DNA of 63,889 bases, counting the filler, from Sphacelaria rigidula (taxonomy: Eukaryota), in the NCBI GenBank assembly GCA_964200075.2. It is 9 parts of 9 records of this genome, joined end to end, with 100 filler letters (N's around TTAATTAATTAA, not from the genome) between each part and the next. Parts side by side here need not be neighbours in the genome. Positions count along the whole stretch, not along the records: positions 35,553 to 42,562 come from CAXNAA020016971.1; positions 42,663 to 49,671 come from CAXNAA020016972.1; 7 more parts are not named here. One strand, 5' to 3'. Position 1 is the stretch's first letter. The number at the start of each line of letters is the position of its first letter. The notes beneath the pieces were generated by a model. That model saw nothing but the letters and a program-made list of their open reading frames with translations. It made no database searches and had not been told where the DNA came from. Of the stretch, positions 35,453 through 47,580 are shown piece by piece. Both the position numbers and the translations under genes were made by a program.

Positions 35453-35928
35453 NNNNNNNNNNNNNNNNNNNNNNNNNNNNNNNNNNNNNNNNNNNNTTAA
35501 TTAATTAANNNNNNNNNNNNNNNNNNNNNNNNNNNNNNNNNNNNNNNNNNNNGTTTCTTAAGTTTGTCTAAAATTTGAGGCTGATTTTCTTACTGACACG
35601 TTTTTTACTAGCGGGCCGGTACTGTGGGAGGCGTACATCGGCGCTAAATGAACTTGAAAGCCCAGCAGGAGTGGTGCAAGAGTTTTGGGTTTACCCAACG
35701 GGGGTGTAGCAGGGTTGAGCAAAGAGCGCACACATTTTTTCTGTCGATGCATCGGGGCTTTGTCCTGGCGTACACACGAGAAGTCGACCGAGTATTTAAA
35801 TTCGAATGTGGAATTTTGATGTGCGGTGCTCAACTCGTATAAAAGTTGGGTTTGGCAGTGACAACGAAGATGCTTCCGCGAGGTGTGTACATAGGAGTAT
35901 GAGATTCGATTTTGGGGCCGTAAAGGTC

Positions 35929-36071
35929 GGTCGCCCCGGTGGCTCAGATGGTAACTTTACAATCTTCTGACGGCTGGGTCGTGCCTTCGAATCTCGGGGC
36001 GATCTCGGATTTTTCCTCACACATTGCCCAACAGTGGAGAGTGATTATATCGTGGGTACACGTAGTGCGGC
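35929..36071 (+). mobile_element. SINE family B, 5' half, split at its internal TTAA
   Basis: tRNA-like head; the body resumes at 37244. Confidence 0.8.
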
Positions 36072-37243
36072 TTAACCCTTACACCACGAGATTAGTCTTG
36101 CTGGACCATGCATACTTTATTTCACTTGAAATTGATGCCGATTCAACCGAAGACTAACCTCGCGGTCTAAGGGCCCTTAGACCGCGAGGTTAGTCTTCGG
36201 TTGAATCGGCATCAATTTCAAGTGAAATAAAGTATGCATGGTCCAGCAAAACTACTCTCGCGGTCTAAGGGTTAACTCTTAGACGGCGACCCCCCCGCTG
36301 GTAGACTGAGGTAGACACTCCTCTTTTTGAGTTTAGAATCATTCCTGTGTCACAACTCAAAACGTCTTCTCTACGGCGGAAGGGACCGGGAATGCATAAG
36401 AGGCACATAGTTGTGAGAGTCATAATACAGACGGTGGTGTGGTTGTCGACCACCTGATTATTACCCTCGTATTTTCGCTGTGCAGTCTGTAGTGTATCGT
36501 GCCGCGGCTGCACGTGCGGTCTGCAGAGTACTGGATTTCACAGTTTTGAACGTGCCGAGTGTACGCAGCGTGCGTTTAGATATCGCACTATGACTACCGC
36601 CGCGAACGCTCCTGACTACCGTAGAGCAATTGCCCGGCGATGGCGGTCGCCTCACCGTCGAAGTGCTTGTCTACATACTCGTGGCCGCCGCTCGTGTGTT
36701 GCGCTATGACGTTTCACACCAGATGGAGGTGTGGAGCTAGTAGGGCGCCCAGGCAGTACTGAACAGACACACTGCACCGAAGATGCTCAATTACCTCTTT
36801 TTTTCTTATATAATCTATGGTTGATTCGGTTTGATGAAAATGAGATTCGAGGGTAGACGACGAATGTGTCTATAGTACCAGCTGTCTACCTCTACTGAAA
36901 CAAAAGTGCTCATTTTGACGACTGTGATTGGTCAGAATGGTCATCCCGCGTCACTCGGGCCTCGTGCACGGCTTATAATTTCTCGCGAGAAACTTCCAAA
37001 CACCCATGGTTGACTCCGTGAGCTTCTCCGATGCTCCGCGGAGAGACAACTCCCCCCCCCCCCGAGCCCCGGAAAGCCCCTCGGGACTGTCAGCCTGTAC
37101 AACTGTTCCGAGGCGACGCTCGTCGTTTAAGGGTTAACCCTTGAACCGTGGTGCGGGTAGTCCACCTGAAAAACGCATACTTTTTTCAAGTGAAAATTGA
37201 TGAAGATTCAGCAGGTGACCTACCCTCGCGGTCTAAGGGTCAA
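36072..37243. mobile_element. Nest of TTAA elements: MITE(+), MITE(-), 858-bp non-autonomous element (36276-37133), MITE(+)
   Basis: TTAA at 36072, 36272 and 37134, TCAA at 37240. The 858-bp element has TIRs CTCTTAGACGGCGA / CCCTTAAACGACGA. Confidence 0.8.
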
Positions 37244-37445
37244 TGGTCGACGAGGGAAAGGGAGTGCTGGACCCCTCTCGCGATAAAAAAGAAGGGCAAG
37301 CACCGCAGGATGAACGTGGAGTACTACATGTAAAAAAAAAATCATATTTTGGCCTTCCTCCCGCGTGACTTTGGCTGGTGCATCCACATATACCGAAAGG
37401 TGTAGACCGGCGTCCAGAAGAGAAGGGACGACAACACACACACTA
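37244..37445 (+). mobile_element. SINE family B, 3' half
   Basis: TGGTCGACGAGGG.. through the CA tail; continues 35929-36071. Confidence 0.8.
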
Positions 37446-37524
37446 AATACAACGCAACAGCTGACCAACCACAACTGAAGCCGCGTCTTGGGCCGTGTCT
37501 TACCAAGATGGTTTCGACTCAAAC

Positions 37525-38085
37525 GAGTCCGTGCGGCGGAATTGATTTTGTTCGTTTCGTAGGCTTTTGTTTCTTGTGCGCGCATGTAATTTCGCATAAC
37601 ACGGGGTTTTGGGCACAACTTGTGCGTTTTTTTAATAAACTTCCGACATCTTAGCATAACAAAGGCATAAAATCCAAGTTTTACGCATAACTTGACGCGC
37701 ACAGTACTCCAACGGGATTATGCACCCCCTGCCCAGTAGTTAGTAGCTCCTCACAGGTGCTCCATGTATCGTGGCTCGTGGTGTCGTGGCGGTTGTGTCC
37801 GTAGTTTGTTTTTCGTTGCGGGTCTGATATCGGTTGTTGTGCTGTATGTAAACTACTCTATCTTGATGTGAAAGTGAAATAAAATTAAACATGTCATATT
37901 TCAGACAATGGCTCTCGCCACAACAAGGACGCGAAAAAGGCGCATAAGTCGCGCGTATTCCACCAAGATACGCATAAAGCGGCGCATATTTTTCACTTTT
38001 GAGCATGAAAGTAAAAGTAATAAAACGCATACTGTAAAAAAAAGCGCGTAAGAAACAAAAGTCTATTGTCTTGCTGCGTGTGGAC
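37525..38085. mobile_element. Possible degenerate TIR element with GCATAA-type subterminal repeats
   Basis: TAGGCTTTTGTTTCTTGTGCGC (~37560) is inverted at ~38045-38065; many (C)GCATAA motifs. Confidence 0.4.
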
Positions 38086-38459
38086 CGACCGAATTTGCAC
38101 ACTTTGGATCGAAAAAGCGAAGCGAAATTCGTGAAGCGGTACTTGTTTACTTGTGTTCAATACAGACAAGTGTGTTTCGTACAGCATGCAGGCGCGATGT
38201 GGAAAACAAGCAGGCAACGTGACATACAGACAGGAGACAGCGGAGGTGTCCGTACTCTCTGCATACAGGATGTGAAAAATATTTGAACCGCGTGCACTTT
38301 TGTACTGCCTCTTCTGTCCATGAGCGTAATAGCAATTCGGTCGCACACCCCAACACCCAACTCCGTCGGTGCACACCACCACATCATTAGATGTCAAGGT
38401 TTTCGCCAACAAAAAATAAACACATCATGCCAAGAGGGGGGTGGTGTCGGTTCCCCATC

Positions 38460-38758
38460 ACCTTTTTTCTGTTGCACTTTGAACCCTTCCCCTTCCTCGG
38501 GAAGAGTCCGTGGTCTCAAGGGATCATCCCGCCCCTCCCTCCCCTGGCACATGCCTTGCATTTTGTTCTCGCGGATCGGGTCATCACTCCCGCACCGCGT
38601 CAACTCACGTCAAACAAACTCAGTCGACTACTTTGTTTACTCACGTTGTCACGCTTTCCGCGGTAGACATCAGATATACTAAGAAAAAATCCAACGGATC
38701 TTTACCCTCGTTCTCTTCACCCAAATGGCGACAGTCGGACCATTACACCACCGGAGCG
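38460..38758 (-). mobile_element. tRNA-derived SINE family A
   Basis: Head GCTCCGGTGGTGTAATGG; aligns to 231-540. Confidence 0.7.
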
Positions 38759-41682
38759 CGTCACTTCAGTTCATGCATTCCTATGCTGCGGGGTTGAGTC
38801 GGTAATAGCTGCAAATGAACCATGTGGGTTTTGCATAATTCTGTGAAAGGATGGTATCTGGCATGGTTGTCTGCAACATAGGAATCATGTGCCCCTTCGT
38901 TCGTTTCCACCGCTTGCTTTCAACTGAAAAAGCTAAGCCCTTCTGTTTTTCACCCTACCCGTCGCGCGCGAATAACTAAAGAATGAACTTGAAGCCATCT
39001 GACAACATGAATGCCGTGGACGAATCAGATACGAGGTATTTACGACCAACTCGATTCGACCGCATGTTTCCGCGTCGAAAAAAAATGACATGACCTCAGG
39101 TCGTGTCTGATCAAATTGTTTTCGACTCGAAAACGTACGGTGGAATCGAATTTGCTCGTACCTGATACGTCCACGGCATCCATGTTCTCAACCATTTGAG
39201 AAAATGAACAGCGTGGACGAATCAGAAACGAGCGAATTCCATTTGACCGCACGTTTTCGACACGAAAGCGATTTGATAAGACACCGCCTCACCATTTTTT
39301 TTCGATACGAACGAATTCGCACGCTTTCGATAGAAGAAGCTTGAGCGAAATTCGTGAAGCCATACTTGTTCACCTGTATTTCATACAAATACTGTCTGCA
39401 CAGTGTGTGTGTTACGACCCCCTTTGAGTGGGTGATGCAGGAGGGGTGCACACATACTTTCTGATCGATTTTCCAGGAGCATTCCATCTCATCCCAAAAC
39501 GACTCATAAAATATGTGACAGCGCGCCACGATTAGCATTCCAGCGGGCAAGGGAAATTTCGAATGGATTTGACAACGGGAAAATCCTGACCCATATTTTT
39601 GAATGAGAAGAATTTGGGCCCAGATATGCTACCCCTACCGCAGCATGATTTCTTTGTAGGAAAAGGGGTGAATACGAGAGTATGAAAATGGCAGGGTCAT
39701 GATCCAAGATCGCCGCCTCGTTGGGGAGGAGGTTCACAAAGTCGCGGTAAAATACTTGAAGCGAGAAGCTAACCTGTGCCCGTGCAAAGTATCGTCAAAA
39801 ACGAAATCTGACCATGTTTTGAAAACTTTACACATGATAGTTTTTTTTTTTACGGATTAGCGTCAAGAAGGAGGTCATGATTTCGAGAGGAAAACGGTCG
39901 AAATCAACCGATACCTTACTCTGTCGAATGTGGTATGGAGCTGCAGCATCCCTCTCCTTCTCCCGTGTCGTGTGCATATCCAGCAGATGATCAAGCAGCG
40001 GGCAGTTTTGTATTCAACGGGTAGTACAAACCTTTTACCCCCCCCCCCCCCCCTCCGCCATTCCGGAAGCTCGTCCATTGAACAAAGGGTCCGGGCCCTC
40101 AGAATCACTAATTTCACTTTCACGGGTCCGCAAGTTCGGTGAACCCGTTCCTTTGTTCACTCACCCTCCTTGCCTGCAGGATCATTTTCCGTGGCACTGT
40201 CTTGTGTGTTGTCTATGAGATCTTGTCACCGCTTGGTAGGATGGAAGTTCCTCGGAAGTTTATGATATTGAGATAACGCTAGCCCTAACCCCAACAAAGC
40301 GAGTTTATTGAGGGGGATTATCACCTTTGCGAAATTCCCCTTGAAATTGGACTGCTCCCACAACGGCCGGTTTTGAGTCGTATCGAGAAACAGATTTGTA
40401 CAGATCGAAGCCCAGAAGTCTGCACGCAGATTCAAAAATGCAGTGGGTCTGGAAGCGACCGTGGGTTCAAGGTTTCCATTGTGCTACAGACGAGACGCAC
40501 CAAGGCAACACAACACCTACCCGTCCGGCCCCGAAAAAACATGCACAGACACCCACCACTGACGAGCATCAGTTCCAGCGCAAGCCCTTGCTCATCTACA
40601 CACGGCAGTATTTGTCTGACGGAAATCTGTTTTGTATCTGACGGATAGCGGGCGTGGGCGTGCCGAAAACAACCCAAACCGTGTGTTTGGTGACCGTTTG
40701 TGTGTGCTATGCACGCATTTTACACAAATCATTTTTTTCATTGAATTGTGAAGAGATTTTGGCAAGGTCGCGCATAACGTGCTCAGCTGATGAGCAGCCA
40801 AGGCTCGAGCCGCATTGTTTTGGTTTGCGGGGGCACCAAATTTTCTCAGGTTCACCTCTGACTGTGTTGGGTTGTGCGGCCAACCTTTGCAAGTGCCCCT
40901 GTCAACGAGACATATATGTTCCCTTCCGAGGTGTACGGAAGTCCCCTTTTCAATGGGGTACGTTGGGGCGCTTTTTTGGGGGGGGGTGGTATCGCAGCAA
41001 CCAATCAGCGGTCGTTTTTGACAACGGGAATTTCCGATAAGGAAATAATCCTTCTCGATAAGACCAACTTCTACATGTAAAAAAGTATGAACCTGTTGAA
41101 AAATGCCTTTTGGGTCCTTCTCTGTCGTTCTACGCCCGAATAGAGTAATAGGTGGATGTTGACACCTTGCAATGACTTGCTCTACTCGTTGAGACCGTTC
41201 CAGGCTTGTTGCAGGAGTAGAATAAGCCCAAAGTATCGTCATCCGCGTAGCCCTCTTTTCGGACTTGAAGCGATGGAGAAGGGCCCAAAAGGCAGGGTTC
41301 ATGTGAACAGGTTCGATTGGTTACAGGCCCGTTTTGTTTCGTCGTACATCGCCCATCAATGCTATTGCCGCGATCAAGGCTGGACTTCTCATACACTCGC
41401 GTATACACACACAGACACTCGAGTTCTTTAAATGCTTAGCGCCGTCTCTGCCACCTGCCTGCACCCCCTCCTGTTATCTGCATAAGTCCAAGCCAATGAG
41501 ATCTAATTCCGCTACCCTGTGAGAACACCGAAAGCAGTACTGCCAGGTAACAACCCCCCAATGATTTGTAATCATTCATTAATATCTGTTTTACTGAGCC
41601 ATACATCATTGTGATTGATCACGAACCGCCGTTTTGTTTCATTCGTTGCGGGATGACACTACATGGGCATGACGCGAAATAG

Positions 41683-41893
41683 GGGGGCGCGGAGGTAGCC
41701 AAGTACTGCTCAGCACATATCTGTGATGTGTTGAAAGATACCCCTGGGTTCAAGGACGGCGACGTCGAACTTGGACTGAAGCAGAGCTTTTTGCGCATGG
41801 ATGACTTGATCAGAAAGCCTGCGGGGCAGGCGGAGCTGTCGGCGCTGAAAAAAGCGTCCCAGGGTGGCGGCAGCGATAGTGATGGCGATGAGG
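41683..41893 (+). CDS. PP2C/PPM protein phosphatase exon (PPM1G-like)
   Basis: TAG|GGAEVAKYCSAHICDVL..LKQSFLRMDDL..ELSAL, i.e. the segment after the DGH motif; donor G|GTGAGG. Confidence 0.85.
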
Positions 41894-42511
41894 GTGAGGG
41901 CGCTCGAAGCGTTAATTTCCAGTGCTTCTGTAACGGTTTTGGCGTAGATGTGAAAGCGGTGCATTCGTTGTGTGTACGAGGAGTTAAAAGTACCTCGAAC
42001 CCTTTCAGTTTGCTGTTGCAGGGCGTACCTCCCATCAAAGAGTAGTAGCTACATGGTGTGTTCTGACGTGGCATTTTTTTACTCTTGACTGGGGGTCTGC
42101 ACACGATGGGTTACGTGAAGAATTGAAGAAGTGGCTTGACTGGGTGGATTTCCGTTGGGTTCGAAATAACATCGTAGGGTGTAACAAGTCGGACTGGCAT
42201 GGTTGTCAGATAATGGTGAGCATTCGCTCGGCCCGTAGCTGTCTAAATAATTTCTTTGTAAGCGGTTTTGCGGACATTACGTGCCGTGTTTTGCCATGGA
42301 GCTACTCCCTCACAGTATGGCCATCACCTTCGCGTATGTGAAGGATGTTTCCATGCTCGTTGCCACAGTGTAGGGGGGCACCCGAGATGACCCCACCCCG
42401 ATTAGCACATACCTGTGTACATGTGCTGATGATACACAGAGACTGCACACGCATAGCAGTCCTTGTTGGGGTGTGTGACTGAGGAGACGGGAAAAGGGAG
42501 GGAGGGAGGGA

Positions 42512-42562
42512 GGGGGGGGGGGGGGTACTCATGATCATGCATGCCATAGTCATCAGACCATT
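42512..42562 (-). mobile_element. SINE family C tail (contig end)
   Basis: G-run + TACTCATGATCATGCATGCC on +. Confidence 0.85.
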
Positions 42563-42662
42563 NNNNNNNNNNNNNNNNNNNNNNNNNNNNNNNNNNNNNN
42601 NNNNNNTTAATTAATTAANNNNNNNNNNNNNNNNNNNNNNNNNNNNNNNNNNNNNNNNNNNN

Positions 42663-42811
42663 GGGGGGGCGTACTCATTTGTTGCTTGCCTTAGTCGTTC
42701 GACCATTGACCACGCATCCCTTTCGAGACGGAACATGGGGGCAGGGAGTATACTGATTTGTTGCTTGCCTTAGTCGTTTGACCATTGACCACGCATCCCT
42801 TTCGAGACGGA
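42663..42811 (-). mobile_element. Two tandem LINE 3' ends
   Basis: Two ~70-bp copies of CCGTCTCGAAAGGGATGCG..GCAACAAAT, each followed by a C-rich tract on the minus strand. Confidence 0.8.
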
Positions 42812-43691
42812 GAAAAGGGAAGGGGAGGGGGGGGAGGCAAAAAGGTGAGGAAAAGAAAAGAGAAGAAAATAAGAGAGAGCGAACAAAAGATGAGGACGGA
42901 AGGACGAACGAAGAACGACGTGGAAGGCAAGAAGAAATGAAAAGGACGGAGGAAAATATCCGAACGACGAAATCATTATCAACAGGGGTCTGTGACGAAA
43001 ACACGCCGTACGTTGAGTTGGTAGTGATGATATGGATAATGACAAGGGGCACGGAGATTCTGGAGGGTTCTGGATAATGACCGGGGACACGGAGATGGTA
43101 TCTGCAGGTCTAGAAAGCTGGTGCCCCAGAAGGGCACTCCTGAATATTGAGAATATTGTAAAGGTTGACAACTGACTCTGAGGTCAGTAAGACTGGGGAG
43201 TCCCTCAACAGCAGTGATCCAGCAGTGCTTACACTGGTTGGCGTCACAATATCGATATTAGTGCTAGTGCTAGTGCTAGAAACAAAGGATTTCGGTAGGA
43301 GTCTGGGAGCTGTGGAAACCTGATACACCACGGACGCGTGGAGAGGGTTTCAGCTGAGGCAGCTGCAGAAAGGCGGCTGGCCTGTGATTGATCCAGACTG
43401 GAGACTTGCTGAAGCTGCGTGCAGCGGGAGTTTGGAGGCTCCTACGACTGTGTGGTGCGGCGACGAAGCAAGGAAAGTGCAATTCGCGAAGGTCCGCTGA
43501 CCTGCAAAGGTTCGCAGATAGCCGGTTACAGCTACAGCTATGGCGACACCCGTGGTCATGCGGGGAGATCTTTGACCTCCCCAATGTGGGGATAGGTACT
43601 CAGAGAGTGCATCTCGCACTTTATTTCGAAGTACTTTAAGTACAAGAAGCGTGTGAAGCACGCTAACGAAGGGGGTGCTGTGCGGCATTAA

Positions 43692-45485
43692 GTGGTGCCA
43701 ATGGCTCAACAAGTGCCAACTTACGTGCAGAGAGTGTTTGCTCGTTTGGAGCATAAGAAGATCACAATCACCCCGCCACGATTGGTTGCGGCGATAAAAA
43801 AGCATGCTGGGCATGCGGTGGGCACTTGCCACTGTTGTGGCCAGGTCGGTCATTACGCGCGCGATTGCCCAACGTCTTCCGGTGGAGAGTCGGGGCAGTC
43901 TCATGCCGCGCGCCATCAGCATCGTCAGCACAGGGGCAAAAGACGAGGTAATCGTGGTGGCGACGGCGGATCCTCCGGCGGTGGAGGGTCGCAGTCGAGC
44001 CCTCGGCAGCAGCAGCAGCAGCAGCAAGGGCAGCGGCGTCAGCACGGGTCTGGTTCTGGGTACGGCGCCGCTGTAGGTGCTGCTGCTTCGCAACGGGCGG
44101 TGCAGGCGGGACCGACTCCTACAGTGTCGAACACTGCGCCGGCGCCGGTGGTGACGCCGGCGGTGACACCGGCAGCAGCGCCAGGCGCGACGCCTGCTGA
44201 CGCGCTGGCCGGATGTTCGCCAAATTCTTGGTCTGCTGGCTGGGGGTCATACCCGCCGGCGGTGCCGTTTGAACCTGCCGGGGCGTCTTTGCCTGCGCAG
44301 CTTGCGCAGCCGTGGCGTCAAGTGGGATTAGCGACGCATAGGTCAGCGGAAGAAGTTCCCGTGGAGCTTGCCGATAGATACATTCCGCCGGAGTCATGTC
44401 TTCCGAATCAACGGCAGTGTGGAGCCATTGTGGCTCGGTCTGTGTTGGATTCTGGCGCCCATTTCATTCGTCTGCCGGTGCAGATGGTTGAGATGCTGGA
44501 GCGACACCTCACGGGTGTGCCGCTGCGCATCCCGTTTTCGCTCGGGGCGCGGCAGGCAGTCACCGCGTCAGGCCAGCATGTTTCAGTCGCGGAGCGTACT
44601 GTTCCGTTGCAGCTAGCCTTCAAGACTGCTTGGGGGCTGGCGCCGTTGCCTCCGATCTCGTTTGCGATTATGCCAGGGTCGGATGGCGTTGTTCTTCTGG
44701 CGCTGCCGACGCTACAGGATCTTGGAGTCGACCCGTATGAGCGGTTGAAGGACTCCATCAAGACGCGGATGTCTCAGCCTGGTCCGCCCGTGAAGACGGC
44801 CGACTTTTTGGGCAGTCGTCGCGTGAGTTTGTCGGTGGATGCTTTTCAGGAGACTGGGAGACAGGTGACCGAGGAGCGGGATGCGGCGGTGGAACGCTTA
44901 GAAGAGCGCAGCCCGGATATGTTCATGGACCGGGCGGAAGAGGAGTCCACTCCGACGATCGCGCTGGAGGAGAGCGTGACGGATGCTGTGGCGAAAGACC
45001 TCAGCGTCTCGAAAGCGGAGCGCCTGCGCGGCATATTGCATTGCCGCGTCAACGCATTTCGTCGTGCGCTGCGGGGTGATCCCCCTGCGCGTGTGAAGCC
45101 CATGCGTGTTCAGCTAAAACCTGGGGCGTCCGCGGCGAAGACGAAGCCGCAGCGGTACGATCTAGTGAAGTCGAGTTGGTTGGCGTTGTGCATAGCGGCT
45201 CTTTTGGCGCTCGGGTTGGTAGTACGGAATTTGCAGGCGGGGTGGTCCAGTCCAGATATGGCATTTTCGAAGAAAGCTGCATCGTGGACGAAGGGCAGGC
45301 TGCAGGCGTGGGCGGCAGCGAAAGATCTGGTGGCTCATGCCGTGACGCTGTTCCCTCGTCGTCCTGATTGTCAGGTGTCCATGTTCCTAGATTCATCTGA
45401 GTGCCATTGCGGTAGATTGGTCATGCAGGTGCCTACAGTTGAAATTCAAATGCCTGTGCGCGCTGAGGCTGTATGGTCCGTGTGA
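43692..45485 (+). pseudogene. Gag-protease-deleted RT ORF
   Basis: CHCCGQVGHYARDC zinc knuckle and VLDSGA protease. RT N-terminus WSSP is fused directly to thumb/RNase H start; no YxDD. Confidence 0.85.
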
Positions 45486-45665
45486 ACCTGATGACTCGAT
45501 GCCGTCCGAATCTGTTGTCCGCCAACCGCAACGAAAATACCTTGAGGCCGAAGACGCGGATGTGCAATATTTCAAGTCGGACGCTGGTGCTGCTATCTTG
45601 GACAATGAAGGCGTGTGCATGTGCGTGGCCGAAACGTTTTGTGAATTCCGAGTTCTGACAAGCAG

Positions 45666-46432
45666 GTGCAAGAACGTCTGATGATTTGCGCGCACATGCG
45701 CGACGCCGGGCATCGTGGTGTGGCTGCGACGCTCGTGCGCTTGCAAGAGTTTTGTGTCTGGCAGGGGATAGAAACTCATGTGCGCGAATTTGTCCGCCAG
45801 TGTCTTCACTGTGCTGACTCGAGGGCGGGCGATGTTGTTCCCTGCCCGCTCGGCGAAACGGTCCATGGGACCACGCCGAATGAAGTCGGTCATTTTGACT
45901 TCTTGTACGTGGGCGAGAGTGGCCCGCTAACTTCCCAAGGTTTGTCAGAGGATGCTGTGTTTCGATACATTTTGGTAATCATGGATGATTTGAACAACTT
46001 TGTGGCTCTGGAACCAGTAGCAGTGTGTACTGCTGAATCGACCGTTGCATCTTTGCTGAATTGGTGCAAACCTTTGGGGGTGCCGCGTGTGTGGGTGAGT
46101 GATAGTGCCACGCATTTCAAGAATGCGATCTTGGCCCGATGGCGAGAGGCTTTGCGCGTTGATAATCAGTTTGCGGTAGCGTATTCTCCGTGGACTAACG
46201 GTACGTGCGAACGCACGGTCAAGGAAGTAGTTCGTGCTCTTCGCTCTATTCTTCTCGAGCTAAGGACATGTTCCAGCATGCTTTCAATCAGGGGCAATTT
46301 CAGATGGCTGGTATTGTCCGAGTGGTGGAAGCAGAAGATCGTTCGCTGATCGTGTTGGTCGACTGGCCTGGTTTCGAAGTTGAGGAGCGTACGTGGGAGC
46401 CTTTCAAGGATATTTTTGAGGCCGCTCCGTAA
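45666..46432 (+). pseudogene. Integrase and chromodomain (frame change)
   Basis: H..GH..CLHC zinc motif, HFDF / VSDS / NGTCER DDE residues, then VDWPGFEVEERTWEP chromodomain in another frame. Confidence 0.88.
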
Positions 46433-47486
46433 TCCCTCACGAAGGAGTTGCGTAAATTGCGCGTGACTCGTACCGTTTCTGCTCGCATTACGAGTGAGTT
46501 TGGTATTCAATTGTGACTTCTCATCGTTTTGGCGTTTTCTATGTTTCAAGCTTGTTGATCGATTTTCGTCCAACGCGCTTTGGGGGTGCTGTGACGAAAA
46601 CACGCCGTACGTTGAGTTGGTAGTGATGATATGGATAATGACAAGGGGCACGGAGATTCTGGAGGGTTCTGGATAATGACCGGGGACACGGAGATGGTAC
46701 CTGCAGGTCTAGAAAGCTGGTGCCCCAGAAGGGCACTCCTAAATAATGAGAATGTTGTAAAGGCTGACAACTGATTCTGAGGACAGTAAGACTGGGGAGT
46801 CCCTCAACAGCAGTGATCCAGCAGTGCTTACACTGGCTGGTGTCACCGGGCTGACAATTTCCGTGTCCGAGTTGAATTTGACGCCACGAAAATCGGCATG
46901 AAACGAGGCGGCGCTACATCTCTCTTGAAAGAAACATCTAAGGTGAACGGGTCGATTCCCAACAGCTTCTGAAAGCTTGAGATAGAGGTCTTCACTACAC
47001 CTACTGAACTACATCAACCCTCGACAAAACGCCGTTTGTAGAGCCTCGTTTGCAAAAACCATCCTGGGAAGGAGGGGTTCAATCTTCGAGCGCCCGAGCG
47101 AACTTTTCCCCTACGTTTGTCGCTGACAGTCCCGTGGGGAAAATGACCCACGGCGTACCTCAACTCGCCATTCGGTTTGGTGTACATGAGCAGTTTGCAG
47201 GCGGTATGCGTGTTGGTCTACGCTTTCACGTAGGCATTTCCTCTTCGCCAAAAGCAACTATTTCTAGTCGCTTCCTCCTGGATCCTGGCCAAGCTGATTT
47301 CCAACTCGAGACTCGGGTGCTCGAGGGATTGGGATTTCGAAGTCCATCATTCTTTGTGTTAGTCCGCTTCATGAGGACAAACATGTTGGGGATTCGTTCT
47401 ATCAAAACTTCGAAGCATCAGCGACATGTTGGTGCCGTGGCGGCACAGCCGCTACGAATGGGCGCAGCCCGAGTCGTAACGCCTCT

Positions 47487-47580
47487 CCCCCGGCTAGTGC
47501 TCCGTCTCGAAAGGGACGCGTGGTCAATGGTCGAACGACTGAGGCAAGCAACAAATGAGTACGCCCCCCCCCGGCTAGTG
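47487..47580 (+). mobile_element. ~70-bp LINE 3' end with perfect 13-bp TSD
   Basis: CCCCCGGCTAGTG at 47487-47499 and 47568-47580 flanks the tail ending AAATGAGTACG+C-run. Confidence 0.9.

Larger units (their letters stand above)
42991..46847 (+). mobile_element. Ty3/gypsy chromodomain LTR retrotransposon, internally deleted
   Basis: 258-bp LTRs at 42991-43248 and 46590-46847 (TGTGAC..GTCAC(A/C), 10 mismatches). Domain order gag-PR-(RT)-IN-chromo. G-rich tract before the 3' LTR. Confidence 0.95.

Noticed and set aside
40592-41302. 236-aa minus-strand ORF (also 48036-48704 and 4651-5481)
   Set aside because: No recognisable domain or splice support; probably chance ORFs or decayed TE sequence.
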